Assembly: GCA_016201765.1 (NCBI GenBank)
Contig: JACQCE010000048.1
Location: forward strand, 1 to 53,616
Direction: 5' to 3'
DNA from: Nitrospirota bacterium
GTDB taxonomy: Bacteria > Nitrospirota > Nitrospiria > JACQCE01
DNA length: 53,616 nt
Below are positions 46,236 through 53,616 of the stretch, one piece after another; position 1 is the first letter of the stretch; each line of letters begins with the position of its first letter. The position numbers and the translations under genes were made by a program. The notes under the pieces were generated by a model. That model had not been told where the DNA came from. It was given only the letters and a program-made list of their open reading frames with translations, and ran no database searches.

Positions 46236-47437
46236 CCCAGCGCTCGGTTCATTCTCGAAAGTCCTTCCCCCAATTCATCCGGGGACAAGACCAGCGGCGG
46301 CGCCAGCCGCACCACGCGGTCCTCATGCAAGGTCCAGCCGAGCAGCAGGCCGGCGTCGCGGCACCGACGGACGAATCGTTCGCAGTGTGCCGGCGTGTCA
46401 AACTCCATCCCGATCAACAACCCCAGCCCTCGAACCGTCATCAGCCCGCCGCGACCGCACAACCCGGCGATCCCGTCCATCAGTCGTCGCCCCGCTTGGG
46501 CTGCCGCCTGCTCGAGCCGTTGATCGATCATGACCCGCAGCGCCGCCAGGCCGGCGGCGCAGGAGAGCGGATGGCCGCCGAACGTCGTGAGGTGACTCAA
46601 GGGGGGATCATGGGAGAGCGCGGCCATCACGTCGGGCCGGCCGAGAAAGCCGCCGAGCGGCAGCCCGCCGCCCATCGCCTTGGCCAGGATCAGCATGTCG
46701 GGCGTGACGCCCCAATGCTCGACGGCAAACCGCCGGCCGGTCCGGCCGAAGCCGGTGACGACCTCGTCCATCAACAGCAACGCGCCCGCGGCGGTGCAAC
46801 GCGCGCGGACCGCCTTGAGAAATTCATCCGAGGGGAGGCGAACGCCGCCTTCGGCCTGGATCGGTTCCATGATGACGGCGGCAACCTGCTCGTTGATTCC
46901 ATCAGGGCCGCCCAGCGCGTCCGGCTCGTTCCACGGGAGAAAGCGCGCCATCGGCACCAGCGGTTCATACGGCTTGCGCAGCTCCGGCCGTCCCATCACC
47001 GACATCGCGCCGAACGTGTCGCCGTGGTAGCTCCGGTCGAACGCCACGAACACCGACCGGCCGGTGAATTTTCTCGCCGCTTTGAGCGCGCCCTCCACCG
47101 CTTCGGCCCCGCTGTTGGTGAAATAGGTGACCGACAGGGGAGGCGGGGCGATGGACGCGAGCTGCGCGGCCAGCTCGATCTGCGGCGCCTGCAGATATTC
47201 GCCGTAGACCATGACGTGCAGATAGTGGTCGAGCTGCTCCCGGATGGCGGCGAGGACGGCGGGATGGCGGTGGCCGACGTTCGCCACGCCGATCCCGGAA
47301 ATAAAATCGAGATGCCGGCGGCCGGTCGTGTCGGTGATCGTGCACCCCTCGGCCGACGCCACCTCGAGCCCGATCGGTTCGGTCGACGTCTGGCAGAGGT
47401 GCGTTAGAAAGAGGTGGCGGAGTTTGTTTGAGTCCAT
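46232..47437 (-). CDS. Class III PLP aminotransferase (ArgD/OAT family)
   Basis: DFISGIGV..GH, NSGAEAVEGA, YHGDT, EPIQAEGG, DEVVTGFGRTG, AKAMGGG, TTFGGHP. Confidence 0.92.
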   Translation of the reverse strand: MDSNKLRHLFLTHLCQTSTEPIGLEVASAEGCTITDTTGRRHLDFISGIGVANVGHRHPAVLAAIREQLDHYLHVMVYGEYLQAPQIELAAQLASIAPPPLSVTYFTNSGAEAVEGALKAARKFTGRSVFVAFDRSYHGDTFGAMSVMGRPELRKPYEPLVPMARFLPWNEPDALGGPDGINEQVAAVIMEPIQAEGGVRLPSDEFLKAVRARCTAAGALLLMDEVVTGFGRTGRRFAVEHWGVTPDMLILAKAMGGGLPLGGFLGRPDVMAALSHDPPLSHLTTFGGHPLSCAAGLAALRVMIDQRLEQAAAQAGRRLMDGIAGLCGRGGLMTVRGLGLLIGMEFDTPAHCERFVRRCRDAGLLLGWTLHEDRVVRLAPPLVLSPDELGEGLSRMNRALG

Positions 47438-48792
47438 GTGGTGAGTTTGAAGAGCAACCCCTGATCGAGCAGCCGCCAGCGCAGCGGCGGTTCCTGCATC
47501 GTGCCGATTGGTGTGAGGCGGCTGGGGCCGAGGTGACTGATCGATGGGCGCAGCGCAGCCAGCCGTTCATCGGACAGCGCCGCGCCGATTGATTCGATCC
47601 GTCCCCGCCAGGGCGTCAGCGCGTCGAGCGCCGTGTCCATGCTTGCGGCGGGTTTCACCCACAGCGTCCTGTAGCCCGGCGAGGGGCGGGGAGCGGGATC
47701 GGGATCGTAGAGGACCGTGCCGCCGGCCAGTCGGCTGATTGACGGGGATGGCGTGAAGAAGTCCGCTCCGGTTGTCGCTCGAAACTCCACGTCTGCGCGG
47801 AGCTGCAGAATGGCCGAGGCGGCCTCGATGGGAACAGCCGCCGGCGGCCACTGGTGTGCCTGGCGTCCCAGCGCCGCGGCCATCTGTTTTGCGAACAGTC
47901 GAGGAGTGATCGGGCCGCCCTCTTCAACGTACACCAGGTGCGGGGACAGGCAGCCCTGCTGTTCATACCAGCAGACGTCACGTGCCAGCGAGGCGGCCAG
48001 AGCGTCGGCGTCGGTCAGCGCCTCGGCGCCGATCAACGCCACACTCCATCGGTGGCCGTCGCCGATGATCCGGGGCGTATGCCGGGATAGTTCGATGATC
48101 GTGTCATCCTCACCGGAGGCCACCACCACGTCAACGGCGGCCCCGACGGCGGCGGTGATCGCGCCGGCTTCCCGCGGCCACCAGGCGACGGCCAACAGTC
48201 CGCCGATCCGAGGGTCAATCTCGGCCAGCGTGCGCACAAAGAGCGCAGGGGTGATCGGATCGCGGATCGACGGCCTGATGAGACCGGCCGACCTGGCGAG
48301 GAGCAGCCCGGTGATGTCATCGATGGCCAGCCCGGGGATGTGGCCGGCCACAACCACCAGGGCGACCGGCGGCCCCTGCCGGATCCGATCCTGTCGGGCC
48401 AGCCGGTTGTCGGCATCATCGATCAACCGCGCCAGCCGTTCGGGCGTCAGTTGGGCCAGCCGGTGATCGAGTCCCTCTTCGATCATCCGGGGGGCATAGC
48501 CGGTCAACGTCGGAAGAATCGAGAGAGCCTGACGGCGGGCGGGATGATCCGGATGGCGCCAGTGTTTGGCCGCCTCGGCGAGCAGAGTGATCGTCTGCTC
48601 ATCAGTCAGTTGCGGCATCACTGACGTGTGAGCCGACCGCAGCCGCTCCACCACCGCGCGGTAGAATGGCGCACCTTCATCGGGCAGCTCGACCGCAACG
48701 GGTCCGCATGGCACGGTGCGGACGGCGGACGGCGTCATCGTCGCCGGCAGGTGGAACGCCTGCAAGGCCGCGAGTTGACGGACGGCTGTCAT
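47404..48792 (-). CDS. LuxC-like acyl-CoA/acyl-protein reductase
   Basis: ALDH-like fold: VAGHIP, ASGEDDTI, DVCWYEQQGCLSP with the catalytic Cys, IGTMQEP. Confidence 0.8.
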   Translation of the reverse strand: MTAVRQLAALQAFHLPATMTPSAVRTVPCGPVAVELPDEGAPFYRAVVERLRSAHTSVMPQLTDEQTITLLAEAAKHWRHPDHPARRQALSILPTLTGYAPRMIEEGLDHRLAQLTPERLARLIDDADNRLARQDRIRQGPPVALVVVAGHIPGLAIDDITGLLLARSAGLIRPSIRDPITPALFVRTLAEIDPRIGGLLAVAWWPREAGAITAAVGAAVDVVVASGEDDTIIELSRHTPRIIGDGHRWSVALIGAEALTDADALAASLARDVCWYEQQGCLSPHLVYVEEGGPITPRLFAKQMAAALGRQAHQWPPAAVPIEAASAILQLRADVEFRATTGADFFTPSPSISRLAGGTVLYDPDPAPRPSPGYRTLWVKPAASMDTALDALTPWRGRIESIGAALSDERLAALRPSISHLGPSRLTPIGTMQEPPLRWRLLDQGLLFKLTTWTQTNSATSF

Positions 48793-49955
48793 GCCGATGC
48801 GGGGAGCGGCAGCAGGGAGGCGGAAGCGTCAAGTGAGCAACCGCGCAGCTCCGCGCCGGCGACCCGTCCCAGGAGATGAAATCCATCGATGACGCCCGGC
48901 GGTTTCATGCCGAGATCGTCTGTCTGAACGGCCATGACCGAATGAAGGTTGGCCGGATCGTAGTGGCACAGCAACCCGGGTTGGCCGGGCGGCACGTCAT
49001 CGCCCGTGGCGGGATCGATCACGCGCACCCTGACCCAGGGCGGAATGGTGTAGAGGCCGATGGGCTTGGGGTATGGGGGCATCGGAGGACGGGGTAACGC
49101 TTCCGCACGGGCCCCCATATAGAATTGACAACTGAGTTCGGTCATCCCGTATTCATTGATGACGGCATGAGCGGGCAGGCCAAGGAACCGCTCACAGGTG
49201 GCCAGGAAGAGTTCCCGATGATCGATGGCGTCCAGTGAGACGGTCTGCAGTCCGTCGATGCCCTTCCGTCCACCGGTGTCCATTAACCGGCTGCCGAAAG
49301 GCAGCGTGATGCGCCACCCCCGCGCGGCAGACTGTTCAAACCAGCGCACGAACGCGGCTGTCGTGCCGATGAGCGCCACAGGTTGTCCCTCAGCGACGGC
49401 GCGATCGAGCGCCGCTGTGAGCACCGTGCCATCCAGGCCGTCGGATTGGCCCAGATAACGGCTGTCCGGCGCGCCCCAGCGTTGCATGAACAGGTCGATC
49501 ATGTGGATCAACGACGAATTCTGCCGTTGCGAGGGAGGCGGCGTCAGCGACAGGATCAGGAGCCGGCGGCCGCTGGAGAGCGGCAGATCCGGGAAGAGGT
49601 GCGCCTGTGCACTGGCGACGATGGCCGCGTGAGCCGGCGCCAGATCGGCGATCAGGTGTCGGCCGCGCCGCTCCGTTCCTTGCGTGGTGCCGCTGGTCAG
49701 AAACACGGTCGACGGTCGTTCGGGAGAACAGGTCAGGTCGGCGACCTTGAAAGCCGACGTCGGCACGGCCGGAATCCGCCGCCAATCAGTGATCTGGTCC
49801 GGCTTGAGCCCACGCCGGTCGCAGAAGAGCCGATAGGGACGGTTCTTCGCATACTGGTAGGCGAACACCTCCAGCGCAAGCAGGTCGAAACGCGTAGGAT
49901 CGGCGCGTTCAATCATGTCGAGCAGTCTGGATTCGAGCGATGCGACGGATGGCAT
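48789..49955 (-). CDS. LuxE-like acyl-protein synthetase
   Basis: FAYQY..N..YR, IPAVPTSAFK, TSGTT, DTGGRKG, EYGMTELSCQ, TDDLG, GRVAGAELRGCS. Confidence 0.85.
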   Translation of the reverse strand: MPSVASLESRLLDMIERADPTRFDLLALEVFAYQYAKNRPYRLFCDRRGLKPDQITDWRRIPAVPTSAFKVADLTCSPERPSTVFLTSGTTQGTERRGRHLIADLAPAHAAIVASAQAHLFPDLPLSSGRRLLILSLTPPPSQRQNSSLIHMIDLFMQRWGAPDSRYLGQSDGLDGTVLTAALDRAVAEGQPVALIGTTAAFVRWFEQSAARGWRITLPFGSRLMDTGGRKGIDGLQTVSLDAIDHRELFLATCERFLGLPAHAVINEYGMTELSCQFYMGARAEALPRPPMPPYPKPIGLYTIPPWVRVRVIDPATGDDVPPGQPGLLCHYDPANLHSVMAVQTDDLGMKPPGVIDGFHLLGRVAGAELRGCSLDASASLLPLPASA

Positions 49956-49977
49956 GGCGCCTCGTGGGGAGGGCCGG

Positions 49978-51150
49978 TCAGCCCAGCCGAAGCGGTTCCT
50001 GAACCGTCCGGGCCGATTCGGCGTCGGCCCGACGCTGTTCGCCGCGCTCGATGGCCGGGGCCGGCGCGTCATGCGCGGCCCCCTGACCGGCCAATGTCAA
50101 CTTGTCCGTGAAATGATCCAGTTGCCGGCTTGCCTCCTGGTATTTGCTCCCGGCGTTGGTCAGATGCGTGCCCATGGTGTCGAAGAGGCCGCAGAATTTG
50201 TTGAGGTCGCTCTTGAGCGCATCCAACTGGGTCATGATCTCCCGGGCGCTCTTTTCCACCTGGAGTCCTCGTAAACCCCACAAGATCACCTGCAGGTAGG
50301 CGTAGAGGCTGTTCGGCGAGACGGGGATGACCCGTCGGGAGAGCGCATAGGCGGAGAGCTGTTTGTCAGCGGTCGCCGCTTCATCCTTGATGATCATTTC
50401 GTAGTAGACGTTTTCAGCCGGGATGTACATCATGGCGAAATCAAACGTCCCTTCATCCGGGACGATATATTTCTCCGCGATGGCGTCGATGTGTTTTTTG
50501 ACGTCCGAAGCAAACTGCTTGCGGGCTTTCTTCCCCTCCTCATCGGACGGGGCGTCGATGATCCGTTTGAAGTTCTCCAGCGGAAACTTGGCGTCGATCG
50601 GCACCAGCCCCTGGCTGAACCGGATGGCCGCGTCGACCGCTTCGCCGCTTTTGAACCGGTGCTGCAGCGAGACGTAGGAGGGCGGAAGGAGCTGGAGCAG
50701 CAGATCGTTCAGAAAGAGCTCGCCCATCTGGCCCCGCAGCTTCGGCGCCTTGAGAATCTTCTGCAGATCGGCGATCTCCTTGCCGACGTCCTGGACCTGT
50801 TTGGTGGCTTCAGCGAGCGACCCGAGCCGGTCGCGCACGTCGCCGAAGACCTTGGTGCTGTGGTCGAGGCGGTTCCCGATCTGGCCGGTGGCTTCCTGGA
50901 GTTGTTTGCCGACGGTCGTCAACTGCTGGTTGACGTGCGTCGTCAACTGGCCCAGTTGTTGATTGACGAGTTGGGTCTGGTTGGTGAAACTTTCCTGTAA
51001 TTGCGCCCGCAGGGCGTCGACCTGCTGCTGCATGAGGTGCATCCCGGTATCGGGCGGCGCGGCGGCGGGACGTCGGAGAGTCAGCACACCGACGATGATC
51101 AGGCCGACGAGCAGGAGGACGAGGAGCGCAACGATCAGCGATTCCATCAC
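49978..51150 (-). CDS. rmuC: DNA recombination protein RmuC
   Basis: N-terminal TM, coiled coil, RGQMGE, PIDAKFP, IAEKYI, DFAMMYIPAENVY. Confidence 0.92.
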   Translation of the reverse strand: MMESLIVALLVLLLVGLIIVGVLTLRRPAAAPPDTGMHLMQQQVDALRAQLQESFTNQTQLVNQQLGQLTTHVNQQLTTVGKQLQEATGQIGNRLDHSTKVFGDVRDRLGSLAEATKQVQDVGKEIADLQKILKAPKLRGQMGELFLNDLLLQLLPPSYVSLQHRFKSGEAVDAAIRFSQGLVPIDAKFPLENFKRIIDAPSDEEGKKARKQFASDVKKHIDAIAEKYIVPDEGTFDFAMMYIPAENVYYEMIIKDEAATADKQLSAYALSRRVIPVSPNSLYAYLQVILWGLRGLQVEKSAREIMTQLDALKSDLNKFCGLFDTMGTHLTNAGSKYQEASRQLDHFTDKLTLAGQGAAHDAPAPAIERGEQRRADAESARTVQEPLRLG

Positions 51151-51191
51151 CGGCAGATTATACGCTTCCCGCCAGGAAATGTGAACGGGGG

Positions 51192-53615
51192 CTACGTCTT
51201 CTGACGTGTGCGGCGCGCCAGCCAGTCGGTGAGCGGCGCCTGCTGGTGGGTCTTGAAGGCGATGCCGATGTGGATAAATTCGAGCGTCTGCGCCAGGACC
51301 CGTTCGGCCGCGGAGACGCGGTGGGCCGGATTATCGAAGAAGCGGCGGACGTCGTCATGCCAGTCCGCCCGCCAGACGTGGCGCAGTCCGGCCACCATCC
51401 GCATGGCCCCCACGCTGCCGGTTTTCTCCCGGAAGGCGTCCCAATGGCTCTTCATGAACGTCCAGGCTTCCGACTGCACGGCCGGGTGGGCGGCATGGGC
51501 CAGCAGATACCGCAGCGGTTTCCAGGCGTCCTGCGAACGGATCGTGTCGGTCAACGACAGCTCCAGATAACGGCGGGTGAGCGCGGGATCAGGGAAATCG
51601 GCCAAGGCCAGCAGAAACCGGTCGCGCGCTTCCGGCGTCTCCGCCCGTTGAAAAAGATCGACAAACCGCTCGAATTGTCCGGTGTTGTCTCCATCTGAAG
51701 CGGTCGCCGCGCGTAACCGGGCCAACGGCGTGGCCAATGTCGGGTCAGTTGACGCGGGATCGGCAATCATCCGGTCGAACCGCGCGGCCGCTTGCTGGAT
51801 GATCGTCCGATCGCCGGCCAACCGTCCCAACGCCCAGAGGCTGCTGGCGCGGGCCAGTTTTATCTCGTCACTCTCCTGTGTTTTCGATTCCCAGCCGAAT
51901 TCGGCCCAGAGTGGCGCGAACAACTCCCGCGTCAAACCGGCGATCTTCGGTTGGTGATCCGGTTCCGTCAGTTGAAACGTCAACGGCTCCAGATACCCGG
52001 CCAGAGCCTGAACGACCACGCGGGTCCGGTCGCCGTGAAACCCCTCGAGCGTTTCCATGAACGCCGTGATCGGCAGTGTGCCGGCTTGCGCGAGCGCCCA
52101 GAGGTCATCGAGCAGACTGATGCGTTCCTCCGGCGCCAATTGGCGCAGGGCCGCGTTGTGCAACGCTTTCAACTGTGTGGGCGCGTGATGACTGCGGTAG
52201 AACCCGCCGGCCCCGCCGTTCGCATAGAGCCAGTCGATCGGCCCCCGGCCCGGCAGCGTGACGCTCTCCGCCCGTTGCCGAAGCAGCAGCCGGTGCGTGT
52301 GATCGCCGTCCCGGTCATGGAACTTCAAGACAACGGGCACGGCCCAGGCGATCCGGTCCGGGTGAACGGACACCTTGATCCGGAACCGATGCTGCTCGAT
52401 CTGAAGGGTGCGTCCGCCACCGGCGGAGCTATCGGGCATGGGGCCGGCCATGATCAACGGGTAGCCGGGCTGCGCAAACCAATCGCGGGCGATGGCAGCC
52501 ACCGGCTGGCCTGACGCTGTTTCCAGCGCCGACCAGAGGGCCGCGGCCGTGGCGTTGCCGTGCTGGTGCGCGGCGATGTAAAGGCGGATGCCGTCCCGGA
52601 ATGCGGTTTCGCCCAGGAACTGCTCGATCATCCGGAGGACGGCCGCGCCCTTTTCGTACGTGAGTGGGTCGAACAACTCTTCGATCTGCGCGGCGTTCGA
52701 GACGTCAGCAATGATCGGCCGGCTGCTCTCCAACGCGTCGATGCTCAGCGGAATCTGCTTCTCCTGTTGAAACTCCACCCATGAGTTCCACTCCGGTTTA
52801 TACTGATCGACGATCTTGACGGCCAGCCAGGTGGCGAACGCTTCGTTGAGCCACAGATCATCCCACCAGACCATCGTGACAAGATTCCCGAACCACTGGT
52901 GGACGATCTCGTGAACGATGACGTTGGCCACGACCCGTTTGGTCGCCGTGGAGGCGAGCTTCTCGTCCACAAGCAGCCGGGAGTCGCGGAAGAAGATCGC
53001 GCCCCAATTTTCCATCGCGCCCATCGCAAAATCGGGCAGGCCGACCAGATCGAGCTTGGCCAGCGGGTAGCGCAGACCGAAGTAGTCATTGAGCAGCTTC
53101 AAGCCGGCCGCGCCCACCTCCAGGGCAAAATCGGCGTACTTGAGCTGGCCGGGGAGCGTGACGACGGCCAGCGTGACGACGGCCAGACGGCAGCCGTCGA
53201 CCGTCATGTGCTTTTCTTCAAATCGCGCAACGGCCAGGGCAAAGAGATAAGTCGACATGACCGGCGTCTCCTGAAACCGCACCCGGCGCATTTTGCCCTC
53301 AACTGCGTTTGATTCGATGGGCATATTTGAGAGCGCAGTCAGCCGTTCGGGCACGATGGCCGTCAGCCGGAACCGGGCTTTTAATCCCGGTTCGTCGAAA
53401 CAGGGGAAGATCCGGCGCGCGTCAGTCGCCTCGCACTGCGTAAAGGCGTATTTTTCTTCCCGGCCGTCGACCGTCGCGCGGGCCTGATACAGCCCTTTGA
53501 GTTGTCGATTCAGCGTGCCGGAAAAGGCGATCGTGATGACGGCTTTTCCTATCGGGATGGGATCGGAACAGGCCAGCGTAACCGTTTCTGTCTCTTTCTC
53601 TTCTGTGACTCTTGC
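51192..53615 (-). CDS. pepN: M1-family aminopeptidase N, 5'-truncated by window edge
   Basis: Frame open past 53354 (TQCEATDARRIFPCFDEP), GAMENWG, HEIVH-x18-E, YEKG, ERAP1-like C-terminus. Confidence 0.93.
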   Translation of the reverse strand, partial: ARVTEEKETETVTLACSDPIPIGKAVITIAFSGTLNRQLKGLYQARATVDGREEKYAFTQCEATDARRIFPCFDEPGLKARFRLTAIVPERLTALSNMPIESNAVEGKMRRVRFQETPVMSTYLFALAVARFEEKHMTVDGCRLAVVTLAVVTLPGQLKYADFALEVGAAGLKLLNDYFGLRYPLAKLDLVGLPDFAMGAMENWGAIFFRDSRLLVDEKLASTATKRVVANVIVHEIVHQWFGNLVTMVWWDDLWLNEAFATWLAVKIVDQYKPEWNSWVEFQQEKQIPLSIDALESSRPIIADVSNAAQIEELFDPLTYEKGAAVLRMIEQFLGETAFRDGIRLYIAAHQHGNATAAALWSALETASGQPVAAIARDWFAQPGYPLIMAGPMPDSSAGGGRTLQIEQHRFRIKVSVHPDRIAWAVPVVLKFHDRDGDHTHRLLLRQRAESVTLPGRGPIDWLYANGGAGGFYRSHHAPTQLKALHNAALRQLAPEERISLLDDLWALAQAGTLPITAFMETLEGFHGDRTRVVVQALAGYLEPLTFQLTEPDHQPKIAGLTRELFAPLWAEFGWESKTQESDEIKLARASSLWALGRLAGDRTIIQQAAARFDRMIADPASTDPTLATPLARLRAATASDGDNTGQFERFVDLFQRAETPEARDRFLLALADFPDPALTRRYLELSLTDTIRSQDAWKPLRYLLAHAAHPAVQSEAWTFMKSHWDAFREKTGSVGAMRMVAGLRHVWRADWHDDVRRFFDNPAHRVSAAERVLAQTLEFIHIGIAFKTHQQAPLTDWLARRTRQKT
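53155..53186. repeat. Perfect 15-bp tandem duplication in pepN
   Basis: AGCGTGACGACGGCC twice, giving LAVVTLAVVTL. Confidence 0.9.
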
Positions 53616-53616
53616 C

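Noticed and set aside
47404-49955. Bioluminescence operon
   Set aside because: No luxA, luxB or luxD homologues visible.

Overview
GC-rich (visually ~65%) bacterial chromosomal window. Gene content and order suggest Nitrospirota or a Desulfobacterota-like lineage (inference only). The left part is housekeeping and envelope genes: ktrA/trkA (partial), hemL, a HAD phosphatase, ntrX-ntrY-DUF4390, a TPR-peptidase MA protein, a TamA/BamA-TamB pair, DUF1844 and mazG. The centre (17.6-40.6 kb) is a 23-kb type IV filament island with two motor/platform sets. The first is PulF/E/M/N/O/P-like with no pilin or secretin of its own. The second is a MSHA-like pilus with an MshEN ATPase, MshA-like pilin, pilin O-oligosaccharyltransferase, three minor pilins, a frameshifted ~1,380-aa PilX-fused multidomain adhesin, PilMNO, MshK-like and a secretin. 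The right part holds cutA, an M23 peptidase, secA, a GAF-GGDEF protein, a luxE-luxC-aminotransferase operon, rmuC and pepN (partial). Best candidate for an undescribed system: an unannotated GEMM-I riboswitch with the A20/C92 (3',3'-cGAMP-type) signature precedes the minor-pilin/adhesin operon, and 4.5 kb beyond the island is a GAF-GGDEF protein with the Hypr Asp->Ser signature (GHLMGS). Together they predict a cGAMP-controlled pilus module, with c-di-GMP-type MshEN motors as a second input. All calls come from motif recognition by eye; no searches were run.
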